Shown here piece by piece: positions 10,601 to 25,600 of a stretch of 64,000 bases of DNA (its first letter is position 1; each line of letters begins with the position of its first letter). The notes beneath the pieces were generated by a model, which saw nothing but the letters and a program-made list of their open reading frames with translations, was not told the origin of the DNA and searched no databases. The stretch is from Okamejei kenojei. Taxonomy: Eukaryota. The translations under genes were made by a program, and so were the position numbers. Location: NCBI GenBank assembly GCA_035221665.1, contig CM069141.1, positions 41,912,001 to 41,976,000 on the forward strand, given 5' to 3'.

Positions 10601-13600
10601 TGGGTGCCACGTTCATTTATCTCATAGAACTCATGGCACTAGTGGCCTGCATTTGATCTTAAATTCTGAGTTTGCATGTTCTTTCTGTGACTGCAAGAGA
10701 TTTCCTGGGTGCACTGGTTTTCTTCCTTGTCCCCAAGAAATGTGGAATTGTACGTTAATTGAGTATAGAAGTTGGGAGGTCATGTTGCAGTTGTATAAGA
10801 TGTTGGTGAGACTGCATGTAGAATATTGTGTTCAGTTCTGGACACCATGTTATGGGAAAGATTGAAAGGGTTCAGAGAAGAATTACGGGGATGTTGCAAG
10901 GACTGGAGGGTGTGAGCTATAGGGAGAGGTTGAGTCGGCTGGCTCTCTATTCCTTGGAGTGCAGGAGGATGAGAGGTGATCTTATAGAAGTGTACAAAAT
11001 CATGAGAGGAACAGAGTGGGTAGATGCACGGAGTCTCTTGCCCAGAGTAGGGAAATCGAGGACCAGAGGACATAGGTTCAAGGTGAAAGGGAAAAGATTT
11101 AATAGGAATCTGAGAGGTAACACAAAGGATGCTGGGTGTATGGAGCAAGCTGCCAGAAGAGGTAGTTTAGGCTGGGACTCTCCCATCGTTTAAGAAACAG
11201 TTAGACAGGTACATGGATAGGACAGGTTTGGAGGGATATGGACCAGGCGCAGGTAGGTGGAACTAGTGTAGCTGGGACATGTTGGCCGATATGGGCAAGT
11301 TGGGCTGAAGGGCCTGTTTCCACACTGTATCACTCTATGACCACCGAGTTTTATGTTTTAAGTCACCCTTGTGCAGGTGAGTGGTAGAAACTGGAGAGAG
11401 TTCTTGGAAATGTGTGATGAATAAAAACGGGATTGATGTAGTGTTAGTGTAAATGGATGGATGGTGCAGAAGGTGGGCCGGTGGGCATGTTGCCGTGCTG
11501 TATGACTCTATGAAGATCAGTGGATTAGTAAACACAGACGTGCTTTGCTTGTCTTCAGGGGTTCAATTGGTCGTAAATGCTTTATGCTACTGACCATAAG
11601 CAACCAAAGTTGGGGTTGTCTGTTTAAATAATGATATGAGAATTGTCAAGGGCTGTACACTGATATTTATCCTGCTCCTTTATATAGTGATTTAATGGTG
11701 CTGCCTAGTCATGTCATGAATCGTGAGCGCTGCAGGATAATTACAAAATCTTGCATCTCATCGGATGATTTGTAAATTGTTCATTTTTTTCACATCTCAT
11801 GGGGAGAAGTGAGCAGCAGAAACTCGAGCATCTGCCTTTTCTGATGCGTAAAGTGTTTCCTCATCATGAGTCATTTCAGTTTGGTCATTTGACCTATTTT
11901 CACTGATGTTCTATCACCTTCTTTCTTCTCCAAGGCTTCATTGGCTGAATTTGCCAATGATTTCCCCCTACGTGGATGTTGTGTCCACCCTTTCAGAATC
12001 CCTACATCTATCCTTTTTTTTTTTAATGACCATGACATATTTCATGCCAGCAGTTGGTAAGTTGGCCATCTGCTTTTCTTCTGACTCCTTGTGCTAAGTG
12101 TGCCTTTTAATTCCAGGTATATCAAATCCACTATCTCCACTCCAACACTGAAAGTTTCCATTTTCCTCATGATTTACTGTGACATGGTGACATTTGTCAA
12201 TGTTTTTGCAGCTCTGCCAGTGGTTGACTAACTATGCTGTCCAGTTCTATTGGAGATTCAATTCAATTCTACTTTTCACATAATCTGTTATTACTGGGAT
12301 ATCCATTTCATCTAAGCTACATACTAAGATGTGCACTCCTGGGCTCTTCAAGGTTCAGTCCTTTTGTTTCCCTTCTTGATGTTACTTTGTTTTATCATTG
12401 TGAGACATGATGTTTGTCTCGTTGACAGAATCTTCTATCTGTCCACTTTTGCTGAGCTACTGCGCTGCTTGACCAAAGTATAATTTTGAATAAGTCTCAA
12501 CTTTCTCAAAGTAATTGAAAAAGTTAAAACTCTCATCATTCTGCCTTAAATGTTCTCTAGATAGCATCCTGCTGTTTACAATCACTGTATATTTTAGGCT
12601 ATAACTTTAAGTTCAATATCTTTTTCATCGCAAAGACATGGATTTAATCTATGTAACTGAGTGGGTTTTTTTTTTATCTAGCTGCTACTGAAACTCGGCA
12701 GAACAGCTTAGTTACATCTGACATTTCAGACCCCAAAGCTTTTCCTGTGGTATCTCTCTCTTCATCTGTCATCCGCCCTGGCTCACACAAAACTCCTATC
12801 TGGTTCTGACGTCTTCCAGAGTGTCATGTTTACCTGATGTCAACTTTGGTCTCTTGGAGCTTCAAAATTAAAAACAAAATTGAACTTGTCTTTACAGCTG
12901 AGTACACATCTCCTCACACTCATCCATGAAGCTCTGTGTCTGGAAATTTAGACGTTCAGATGCAGTGATACAAGAAATCTGGCTACTAGAAATTGAACCC
13001 CTCCACTTCAGTGCATGGACCACTGCACAGCAGGTGAAGGCCACTTATGCCTTGAAGTTCCTAACCTCATTATTCCATGTGACATTGGCTGATATGTGTT
13101 GCCTCACAGCAGAGCAGTGTTGATGTCATGGGCTCCTAACCCAAAGAGAAGGAAATTAATCTCCTGTCCAGAGAGCGTTAAGTACATCTCCTGTCCAGAG
13201 AGGGGAGCACATCAGAGACAGGATCGAAACCCGAGTCTCTGGCACTATGAGGCAGCAACTCTACTACTGTGCCACCTTGCTGCGGCTGATCTGCACCATC
13301 TGAAAAAGGCAAAGGCAGTTATAACTTGGTTATTTTAATGCCCACAAGCTGAGTTGGACTTGTGCACTATGCTCCCTTGGACATAATCTTCCCCATTGCT
13401 GTGCTCCTTCATTTACATTGTTGGAGTGGCACTACTCACCAGAAGCACAGCAGCCATTTGGGATATCATAGTATCTCACCACCTTCAATAGTAGAAAAGG
13501 TGACTTACCTTCCAGCAATGTCTACTAACCACAAGGAACAAAAATACGGAATTCTCCAATGATGCAGTTCCCACAGACTTTGTTACTTTGCTTTGCTACT

Positions 13601-16600
13601 TTGCTTTCCCTTTGCTACTGATCACCTCCATGTTGAAAGCCAGGTCTAAGTTTTTGTACTTCTAGACCAAAAACGTATTTATTATGTTCCCAGTTTCTTC
13701 TCCCAATGGCTGGGTCTTTGATGTATAAAGAGTCATGTAGCCATCAACACAAAATTCAGCTGTTTAAGTTGTAATTTTTTTTGAACAGCAGAAACAGGAA
13801 CAGTAATGGACCACACAATCCACATCTCTGTCTGCTTATTTGCTCTTGTACCTCACCTTTGCCTTTTATTCACATTTTCCAAGATTCCTGTGCTGTTCAA
13901 AAACCTCTCACTCAATCGTGACTATATTTAATAGCTAAGCACTCTCTGCCCTCTGGACTGAAGAATTCCAGAAGATTCCCAACTCCCAGTAAAGGGGGGG
14001 TTTGTGTTGTGCGTTATTTTGTTGCTCTGCCCCCTGAATAGTCATTGTGTGTATCACTGAACTCAATGGTGAAAGAGACGAACATGAAAATGTTCCCATC
14101 CCATTCCCATTTAGAAAGATAAGGGGATATCTTATTAAAACTTATAAAAGGACTGGACAAGCTAGATGCAGGAAAAATGTTCCCAATGTTAGGCGAGTCC
14201 AGAACCAGGGGCCACAGTCTTAGAATACAGGGGAGGCCATTTAAGACTGAGGTGAGAAGAAACTTTTTCACCCAGAGAGTTGTGAATTTGTGGAATTCCT
14301 GCCACAGAGGGCAGTGGAGGCCAAATCACTGGGTGGATTTAAGAGAGTTAGATAGAGCTCTAGGGGCTAGTGGACTCAAGTGATATGGGGAGAAGGCAGG
14401 CACGGGTTATTGATTGGGGACGATCAGCCATGATCGCAATGAATGGCAGTGCTGTCTCGAAGGGCTGAATGGCCTCCTGCACCTATTTTCTATGTATATG
14501 TCAAACGTGCATTTTGTACCTAGATGCACAATACATAAAGTTCATGCACAATACATAAAGTTACTGTACAAGCTTTGAATCACTTCACTGGCTTGTATTT
14601 TACAAATGGATTTCATAAACAAAACCAAGGGACTGCATGCTTTATCAAAAAAGTGCATACATCGAAATGTATATAAGAACAAAATGCTGGAAATACTTGA
14701 CTCGTGCAGTATCAATGGAAATAGAAACAAAGTTGGTGTAGTGACAGGGAACATGAAACAATAATTATTGCAGTTAAAAAAAAATGCCAGGCGTTTACAG
14801 ACTTACAATTTTATTTCTTGGTTCTAGGAACCCTGTGTTCACATTCAGCGAATTTCTTGTTCAAGCACTTAAAATTTCTATTTAATATGTGAGTTATGTG
14901 TATTTTTAATCTGGGGTTTATCAAGATATGTTTTAGTGATTTTAAATATCAATATTCATTGACTAGGCAATAGTGAGAGGTTTCTGTTAACATATGGTAT
15001 GTAACATATTTTGCCATTCCTTTGCAGCCTTCCCCTGGTTTGGGATGGATATTGGTGGGACACTGGTGAAACTGGTTTATTTTGAGCCAATTGATATCAC
15101 GGCTGAGGAGGAGGAAGAGGAGGTAGAAAGCCTAAAAAGTATTCGAAAGTACTTGGTGTCGAATGTTGCCTATGGCTCCACGGGCATCCGAGATGTGCAT
15201 CTGGAGCTCAAAGACATGACACTTTGTGGCCGCAAAGGAAACCTGCACTTTATCCGATTTCCTACACATGACCTACCTACCTTCATTCAGATGGGGAGAG
15301 ACAAGAACTTTTCAACACTACACACAGTGCTCTGTGCCACTGGAGGGGGTGCTTATAAATTTGAAGAAGAATTTCGTACGGTAATGAAATGTTAATTACA
15401 TCTTGTACCAAAACTAATCGCATATGAAGTTAAAATGCATTCTTACCAAGCTAAATGGATAGCAATGATCGAAAGGCTCCAACTTTAATTCATTTCCATC
15501 CCAATTATGGCTGTGGGGTGTCTGGTATTGAGTTCAATTAATTGCCTGCTGATGCTGTCTGAAGTTTGTGCCTTTTATAACTAACCACTTGAATGCAGCA
15601 GTAATAGCTCCAATTACCATCCTACAGATTTAGTATCTACGAAACACAAAATGTAGCAAGAATAGAGCATGGAATGGTGAATGATGTCAGATGTATTGTG
15701 TACAATAGAATTGCTGCAATATCTTAGCATTGTTTGTTTTTAGAAACCTCAAAATTGTAGAATGCACAAAAATACATTTATCCATCCCACAACCCCAGCA
15801 GGGAACTCTGCTGGAATGGAACCTGAGTTAATCAATACTCTACCACAGCAAGAAACACTTTCTCTGCCACAGTCTGATGACACACTATTTTGCATTCTGC
15901 AAGGATTTTAAACCCAATCTTAATGTATCTAGTATTATCTGTTGCCATACAATTTTAATCCTTGACCTCTGACCTCAACAATAATAAATTAAAGTGACTG
16001 CAGAACACTGGTGTTGAAGACTATCTACTTTCATAGTATAATTTATTGTAATCCAGTATATAGCATATTCGGATCATCACATTAAGTACCATGGAAACAT
16101 TATAAACGTGTAATTATAACATTTTGTTTGGTGGGGGAAGGAGGTTGGCAATATGGTTTGTTGCACAAATGGAAAGACTACACTCTTCCGATTCAAAGGC
16201 TGCAATGAGTTCTCATTTGGAACTGAAGTGAGGTGGTACAATACAGTAGCCTACTTGCAAAAAAATATTTCTGTTGGTTCTGACTTTGTTATTTTAGTTT
16301 TGAATAGTGAGTGTCCTTACAATCTCCATAAACGACCTGTTCAAAGCCGTGCTCTGCACCTATCCCTGCCAACTCCTGTTCACTTATCACTTTCTCCCTG
16401 CTGTCTTGCATTTAACTCCGGAACACTTGTAAATGCCTGAACACTTGCAAATTGAAACTCCCATCCTTGTGCTTAACCTCCTTGATGCACTCAATCCTTT
16501 CACAATCTGTTATCTCCCCACCTTTACTTTAACCCATAAAATAATAATAATTAAAAAACAGTGGCGCAGCAGTAGCGTTGCAGCCTTACAGTGCCAGAGA

Positions 16601-19600
16601 CCCGGGTTCGATCCTGGCTACGGGTGCTTGTCTGTGCGGAGTTGTACTTTCTCCCTGTGACCTGCATGGAATTTCTCCTAGAACTTCTGTTTCCTCCCAC
16701 ATTCCAAAGACTGACAAGTTTGTAGGTTAATTGGCTTGGTATATGTTTTTTTTTTAACCATAAAAAGTGTCCCTAGTGTAGGATAGTGTTAATATGCAGG
16801 GATCGCTGGTTGGCGCTGACTTAGTGGACCGAAGGGCCTGTGTCCGCGCTGTATCACTAAACTAAACCTTTCCTCCACACCTCCAATCAATTTATTTAAG
16901 TAACTCTGACCTTTTCTACATCTTCTCAATCATGATAATAGCCTTGTCTTCAGCTATCTAAATTGCAAACTATTGAATACCCATCTCACATGCCTATAAT
17001 TTCCCCCCTCGAGCCTTTGGTCACCATTGGTAATAGTTCTGGTTTTGTCTTTGGTTTTGTGTGAATACCCAGGTAAAACAGTTTGAACATTACTATATTT
17101 GAAAATGCCATGTGAAGCACTGTAAAGTATGTTTTGTACTATGTGCAGTCAGCAGTACAGTAATGGACTCTGTTCTTGCTTGCTCAAGACTTATCTCATT
17201 AGCAAAGTAAACATTAAATCAGGGTGAAGCATTGTGATTACAGTTCAGGTACTGATATGAGTGGTAATTATAGAACATTTTGGATTATTGAATTCAAAGT
17301 GTCACATAACGTCAAAAGTGAAGGCAAATTCTTCCTAGTGTTGTTATTCTGGTACCAGTTCATCCACGTAGTGATATATTCATACTGATCCACTAACAGA
17401 TTTGAAGTATCAATGGTTCTGTTAAATTATACAAAAGGCAATTTCTGACTTGTCATTTCTATATGATCTCCTGAACTAGTTATTCTTAAAAAAACAAAAA
17501 TCGTAAGCATAAACCTGAAGAAGCTATTAATCTGTAGTAAACGCAGAAACTGCTTCACGGTCACGGTGGTTCAGCGGTAGAGTTGCTGCCTTACAGCAAA
17601 TGCAGCGTCGGAGACCCAGGTTCGATCCTGACTCCAGGTTCTGTCTGTATGGAATTTGTACGTTCCCCCCGTGACCTGCGTGGGTTTTCTCAGAAATCTT
17701 CGGTTTCCCACATTCCCACATTCCAATGACGTACAGGTTTGTAGGTTAATTGGCTTGGTAAATTTAAAAATTGTCTCTAGTGGGCGTAGGATGGTGTTAA
17801 TCTGCGGGGATCGCTGGTCAGCACAGACACGGTGGGCCGAAGGGCCTGTTTCCGCGCTGTATCTCTAAACTAAACCAAATGGTCAGCACAGTAGGACGCA
17901 TGTGTGAAGAGAAAACCTGAGTCAACGCTTCAGGCTAATGCCTTTTCATCCGAATTGAGAGAAAGTATAAAATTAACAGATTTTAAGTTAGAAGGGGGAA
18001 ATCATGAGAACAAAGGGAATCTTGGTGACGGTGTAGGCCAAGAGTGAGTGACATGTCACATATTAATGCTGTCTGGTGGAGGAGGCTTGTTAATGGCAGC
18101 TAACCCCTGTCTGGAGGGGCAGTAGATAGAAATAGAAGATGAACAAGAACATAACGTGTGTGTGGGGGGGGGGGGGGGCGTTTGTGAAGCTGTGAAATAC
18201 AGAACATAGCATTTGCTGGAAAGATCAAATCAATGAAAACGATGGAAATTCCGAGCAAATCAAATAGCATCTGTAGGGAGAAAGATAAATTAACTTAAGT
18301 TCAGGTTGATGACTTTGCATCGAAACAGGTTAGTTCTGATGTCTGGAAAGGCTGGTTATTTGACTAAGTTGAATGCAGCTTTAAATCGTACATGTGTTAC
18401 AGCCCTTGGAATACAGTAATTTCAGGAAACCAGTGTTGCACAGATGAGCATTTTTGATTTGCAAAGTCATCAAGGGAAATGGAAATTTTCAGGTTGGGAC
18501 CCTTCTACAGACTGATGGAGTTGGGGAAGAAAGTTGGAAAAGAGAGTTGGGGCGGGCAAAGCCTGGTGCATGATAACTAGATATTGATTTGCAGATGGTG
18601 GAGTTAGAGGTGCAAAGGAGTCAAAAGAGTGTCAGATAGCAAAGAAAAGGAATTAAATGTAAAGCCGGAGGCAGGGATATTGAATGGGGGGTGGGGTGGA
18701 TATATGAAAGAAGGGGAGATAAACAGGGAAATGAGAGAATCAGAGAGGGTTGGGAAATGGGCCTCGGGAGGAGGGGAAAGGAACAGGGTGACGGGTTGGT
18801 GGGGGAAATGTGTGTGTATTAAGGAGGAGGATGGGTGGGTGGGGGAAAAGAAGGCAGAGTAGGGAGGTATTACTTGAAATTTGAGTCTCTGATGTGTGTG
18901 CCGTTGAGTTGTAGCCTTCCCAAGCAGAACATGAAGTGTAGTTTTTCCAGTTAGCAACCAAGGCCTTAGCAGACTGAGCGCACGTGTTCAACAAAAGTAT
19001 TTTTCCCCCTACTCTATCGGCCTCGAGAACGTTTCCAACCGAAAATACAGACTGTCCATTTCCCTCCGCAGATACTGCCTGACCGCTGAGGTTCTCTAGT
19101 AACTTGTATTTTGCTCAAGATTACGGCCTCTGCAATCTCTTGTATCTCCATGTTAAATTTATCTGTCTACTGGTGCAGCGCATTTCCAGCACACACTCAT
19201 TTGACTTTTCCAACAACTGCTCAGTATCTTAGAGCAGTGCTTCTTAAACTGGTGAATGGTTCACCCAAGGGTGATTGAAATTATTTTGGGGTGAATTAAT
19301 GGGGTGGACAAAATAAATTACATATAAAATTATACACAAAGGAGAATAAGACAAAAATTACCATAAAACTGGAAGAACATTTAGTCGAGGGTAAATAATT
19401 TTGTGATAAAGACTTGAGGGTGAATGACACTGAAATAGTTTAAGAAGCACTCTTAGTTCCTAGTTTGTTTGTTTGTTTTCTCTCTCCTTTCTCTTTCATC
19501 TCCCTTTCTGCAATTGGCAAATACCAAGCTTTCATCACCTCTCACCTGCCTTTTGTCATTCATTCTTTCTTGGTCCTCGCCCGATCACTCGCATTCCCCT

Positions 19601-22600
19601 TTATCTTCACTACCTCCCTTCACATCGACTAAAAACATGTTTGTTGTCTAGCTTTTCTAGTACTTAAATTTCATCACCTGAAACATTTCTCTCTCTACAT
19701 GTGGCCTAACGTGAGTATTTCCAGGATATTCTCTCTTCTTGCTTAAAGACCACGCCATAGTCCATGGTAGTGTTATTATAACTGGTGCTGCGAGATGTAC
19801 ACGTTGCTTCTTTCCATTGTATTTTTCTCTCACACGCTCAATGTTTGTAAGAAGCTGATTTGACCAACTGTAGTCATTCCGTCTTTAATATTTGTTTTTA
19901 TGTATAGTAATAAACCTTGTGCCTTACTCTTGGTAACTTTACTGAACAGAATTATAAAGCTGCCAACATTTTACCCTCTGTCGCATCTCATTATTGGAGA
20001 ACATAAAATTGAACAAAAGAGATGGTAGAAATTCAATGTCATGTTGTTGATCATTATCAAGCAGTGATCCTGCATCATTTTTCCAGAGAATCTAATGAGT
20101 TTTCTTTATTTCAGATTGGTAATCTGCAATTGCACAAACTGGATGAACTGGACTGCCTGGTCAATGGCCTTTTGCACATTGACTCTCTCAGTTTTAATGG
20201 CCAGGCAGAATGTTACTACTTTGAAAATGCCTCTGATCCTGAGAAATGCCAGAAGATGCCTTTCAACCTTGATGACCCCTACCCTTTGCTCGTCGTGAAC
20301 ATTGGTTCAGGAGTCAGCATATTAGCTGTGTACTCAAAAGGACCATTACAAAAGAGTAACTGGAACAAGGTAAGAAGTTAAAATAATGAGAACTCTGTTT
20401 TGAACTGAAAACTTGTCATTCGACATCATCAGTGTGCACGTATTTTGGTGAAAATGCATTTGATTTAAAGTTTGTCCACCAAACCTGCCATATGAAGCTG
20501 GCAACATGTGGGTCTGACTCGCATCGCTGCAATCACAAACTGCTCTCAAACTCTGGTCATTGCACAATGTCTCGTTCCAAGCTTGGAAGTGGAGAAGATT
20601 AGTGGACAAATTAGCCCAATATAGATGTGAGGAAGGGGGTCATTTACTTTCAAATACTCTGTTTACTCATTCTAAAATACCCAGTCTTGCATCGGATATT
20701 AATATTTTTGTTGTTTTTGTTTTAGTTTAGGAGGTGGAACCTTCCTGGGCCTCTGCTGTTTGCTTACAGGTTGTGAGACTTTCGATGAAGCTCTTGAAAT
20801 GGCCTCAAAAGGCGACAGCACTATGGCTGACAAACTAGTACGGGACATCTACGGAGGAGACTATGAACGATTTGGTTTGCCAGGATGGGCAGTAGCTTCC
20901 AGGTAGGAAGTGATACATGTGATAGGCAAATGGTTATTTGTAATATTGTAATTTGTAGGCTTATTGTAAATGATTTAATATAGTCTTAATCACCCAGAAG
21001 TAATTTAACTTCAACATTTTATGCAGATTTGCATTACTTGAACGATAAATAACACTTCATTCTGAAATTAGAGAGAGCTCTACAGAATATTATTTTAGTG
21101 AATAGAAAAAGCTAAAAACACACGCAAGGCTTGTGAGCAAACAGTTTGCTGGGAGTTTTGCCTATATGGTCAGCCTTGCGATGTTATTTGAATTATTTTT
21201 TTTGCAACTTTTTACTTTCAGTCGCCATTTTTTTTTTTGTCCTGTCTTTTTTTGAATTACCTGGCTGTTTCTAATGCAAGTAGTATATATAGTATTTGAA
21301 AAGCTGTCATTGTATCTGTTGCAGGGAGGAACAAAGACCAGGAATGGCAAATGTAATAATATTTATTTAATCAGTTTTAATTAAAGTGGAAATTCAAAAT
21401 CTATTTGAAGGGTACATATTTTGCACTGCAGCTTAAATATGTTAAAGTATAAATTCCCATATTTTATCAAATAATTTAATGAATATTGCATCAGAGAGTT
21501 GAATGTTTACAGTATGGAATTGGGCCATTCAGCTTTGTCTGTGCAGGGTGTATAAGGAGCTATTCACTCTCATCCTTTCCACCTCTTCACAACCTTTATA
21601 GCTTCGGTAATTCATGCGTGGAGTTCTGGTTGTCCCATTACAGGAAGGATGTAGAGACTTTGGAAAAGGTGCAAAGAAGATTTATCAGAATAATGCCTGG
21701 ATTAGGGGGTTATTAGCTACAGGGAGAGGTAGGACAGGCTTGGATGGTTTTCTCTGGAACACCAGAAGAAGACCTGATAGAAGTATATACAATTATGAGA
21801 GTCATAGACAGGGTAGACCGTCAACCATTCTCCCAGGATGAAAAAATCAAATACTAGAGGCCATAGCTTTAAGGTGAGTGAGGCAAAGTTTAAAAGGGAT
21901 GTGTGGGGCAAGTTTTTTTTTTCTTTTTTCGTTTTTTTAATGCAGATGGCAGTGAGTGCCTGGGACGTGCTGCCAAGGGTGATGGTTAAGACCAATATAT
22001 TAATGGCATTTAAGAGACTTTGTGTAGGCATATGTGTGTGCAGGGAATGGAAGGATATGGATTATGTGCAGGCAGAGAAGAGTTGGGTTCAGCACAGACA
22101 TTGTGGGCCAAAGGGTGTGTTCTTGTGCTATACTGCTTTATGCTCATCCTGGTGTTTTTTAAATGCATTGAGAGTACCTGCCTCTACCATGCTCAAATGA
22201 TGAATTTGAGATGCCCAATGTTCTTTTAGATTTAAAACAATATTGCTTATTATTTAATCCTCCTACCAATTGCTTTAAAGCTGATCCTTCCCATTATCAT
22301 AAAATCCATCAGCTTTGTTAGAGGAAAACAGCAACTGCTGTTGTTATGAAAGTGAGATGATAATGGCAACAGTTTGCCCGGAGGAGAACGTGTTTAGTTT
22401 TGCCTTGTAAGTCAGTCACTGTTGTTTTTGATTTCTTGTGATTGTATCGATGAGTTGTGTAGATTAGGTAAGGCGCTATTATATCATTTAAAAAAACAGA
22501 AAAAAGCATTAAAGTTGAGTTTCGCCTTGGGCATTGGAGCTGCATGTTGTACTTTTCGAGTCTTGAGGTTCGAGAGCTGGTCTCCTCGTCCTTTTTTACC

Positions 22601-25600
22601 TTTTCCATCTTAATTATTCATTGATAATCACTGCCGAAATGCCTACTTATGACTGTTAAGGACACCATTAGGCTGAGCTGTAACAGCTTCCACAGTTCAC
22701 CAGTACTGCTTATAATGCTTTTTCAGAATAGCATTTGCATCACTCTGGTTTTCTACCTATGGGTACCCAGCAGCTTCAGTTTAGTTTAGTTGCTGTATGT
22801 TTCCAGTATGTACATGGCTAGAAGATGCCTCAAAACTATTCACAGTGGACCTAACAATGGATGGGATTGAGGAAGACGTGGTCTGATTCGCTTTGCTTAA
22901 TATTATTTTAGTAAATACAAAATCGTGTTGGTTATAAGTGGGTATTTCTTTTTTTTATTCCCTTGCAGCTTTGGCAACATGATTTGCAGGGAGAAGCGTG
23001 ATTTAGTTAGCAAAGAAGACCTTGCAAGAGCTACCTTGGTCACCATCACAAACAACATAGGATCCATAGCTCGTATGTGTGCACTGAATGAGGTATAGTT
23101 GCTTGGTCCCCTTTTTAGTAGTTTTACGGTATTGTGTATTTCCTGGAAGTCCTCTGAAAGGCAGAATGTGCCATAATTGAGAAAAGTTCAATTTGACCTA
23201 TGTTTCTTTTTTAATTTAACTTTGAGCTTGGTGCTCAGGTGTTGAATTGAAGTAACAGGTAAGTTATTTTAATGTTCATAAGTCATAGGAATAGAATTTA
23301 GTCGAGTCTAGTCCGCCATTCAATCATGCTGCTCTATCTTTCCCTTTCAACATTTTCCTGCTTTCTCTTCATAACCTTTGCCACCTGTATTAGTCACAAA
23401 TCTGTCAATCTCTGCTTTAAGAATACCCAATGACTTGGCCTCCACAGCCATATGTGGCATAAAGTCATTAAAGTAATCTATTAACCTTTAATTGTACTTT
23501 GTTGCTTTGACGTCCTAAATATCCTCTGTCATAATAAATAGTTGTTCTGCTGCTGAGATTCCTATTTTACACAGAACTGAGCGGGGTAACGTTTGGCCTC
23601 GGGCTCTTCACAATGTTTACTACAACTTCTTCACAACTACACACTGTGCAGAGATGCCAAGTGTCCCGGATTCGCCGTATTTTGTCCCGGCGAAATAATC
23701 TTTTTACGGTGTTCCGGCAGCCAAACATGCTGTTACGGAACACCGCCGCGCCGGTGTTCCTCCCATGGTGAACGCCGGCGCCATGTGCCCCGGTTTGCCA
23801 GCCCGGCAGCTCGCAGCCACGCCCGGCCCAGAGCCCGGGCGGCGCCAGCCCGCGCAATCAGCGGCACTTTCTTGCCGCCAGCCGGCCGCTCGCGGCAGCC
23901 CCATCACCGGGAATCCCCCCCACTCCCACCCAGTGCGCAGGCGCAGACCCGCCGGCAACCTTGCCAAGTGCGCATGTCCGCCGCAGCCCGCTGATCTGCA
24001 CCGCGCCGCATAGCCGCCGGCAACAACTCCAAGTGAGTATGTTACGGAGAGAAATGCATTTAACCCCATTTGTTACGGACAAATAGGTTGAATGTTACTG
24101 TGAACTAAATTTAGGGTTGGCATCTATGCACTGTGTACTGCATTGTGCTTACAGTTGGAACATATTAAATACATTTCCTTCTCACACACTCTTCATGGTG
24201 GCTACTGATTAAAAGGTCGCAAATCCTAATGACGTTATTCTTTTTGTGAATTATAACATTTAATGATTGCTCTGTTTACATAATTTCTGCTGCATTAGTA
24301 AGATGTTTAAACTAATAAATCCACATTTTACGTTGGAAACACTGAAAATGGTGCCTCTGATGTCAAAATATTTGATGCAAGTTTAGACTAAATTGTATTT
24401 TACTTACCGACTCAATTAAAATTGTTGTAATATCAACAACTCTGCATGTTTTACATGTCACTATTTTAGAACAAAGTAATGTGTTCAAAAATGAGTAACA
24501 TTACAACATTAATTTGAATGCCATTTGGATGAAACTTTCTCAATAACCTGCTTGTCGTATTACCCATTTTGGAAATAAAAGTTTCCATACCCCAAGTTCC
24601 ATATGCTGTCAAGATGGGCATTATTTTGGATACATGTCTGCTGTGATCTTCATCTTAATATTTTCTGATAGGAAAACCTATGTGTACACACATAATATTT
24701 TTTCTCAAAGTTACAATGATGGCCAAAAGCAGTGAAAAGATCTGAGATTCTCTATATTTTCGGCTTCTTTACAGTGCTGCCTTGTGACATGAAAATCAAG
24801 CAGCATTGTACAGGGCTATGAAAGTACGGAGACTTGGCACCTTTGCAGACTAGACGGAACCCTCTGTTTGCTCACTGCAGCCTTGCTTCACCAACTAAGT
24901 TGTCCAAGTCTATATCTATTCATGTAATTCCATTGTGATATCTGAATAAGTTTATAAATTAACTCGAGCAGAACCACAGAGAGCATTGTCAATGCAATTG
25001 TTGTAGTTTCAGTGGTAGGAAAAACCATGATCCAAGTGAAAACGAATTGATGTGAAAGTGAGCAAAGATTTAGAAGGTGACTTCTACAATCTGTAATACT
25101 AGCTCAATAAATGGCAGCTTCTTGAAGAGTGCAAAATAAACTTCATGCTTAGTGATATTTTTGGAGACCCATATACATCAGTCTGATTTTAACCCTACTT
25201 GCAGGCATGGTTCATCTGAACTTCTTGTGCACAATTGACATCAATCTCCAAAACATATTTTCCTTTTGCATATATTGTGTTTACCCTCAATTAACTCGCA
25301 AGTTAACACCCTGAAAAGTTTTCTTTGGATAGCATTCAATTTTGTGTACATTCTCAATGATCGACTGTCGGGGTCAAGTGATGTTAAGAGCAAACTGAGC
25401 TGATACAAACATTTAAGAACTACAGATTCTGGATCAAATCAAAGGTAGACACAAAATGCTGGAGTAACTCAGTGGGCCAGGCAGCATCTCTGGAGAGAAG
25501 AAATGGGTGTTGGGTCGAGACCCTTCTGCTTCACCCGAAACGTCACCCATTGCTTCTCTCCAGAGATGCTACCTGTCCCGAGATGCTGCCAGTCTCGCTG

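Noticed and set aside
16559-16625. tRNA-like A and B boxes (also at 17556, 29310 and 30300)
   Set aside because: These are SINE heads continuing into V-type cores and CR1 tails, not tRNA genes.
23567-24082. Overlapping Pro/Arg/Ala-rich ORFs in intron 5
   Set aside because: Artefact of the GC-rich MITE interior.
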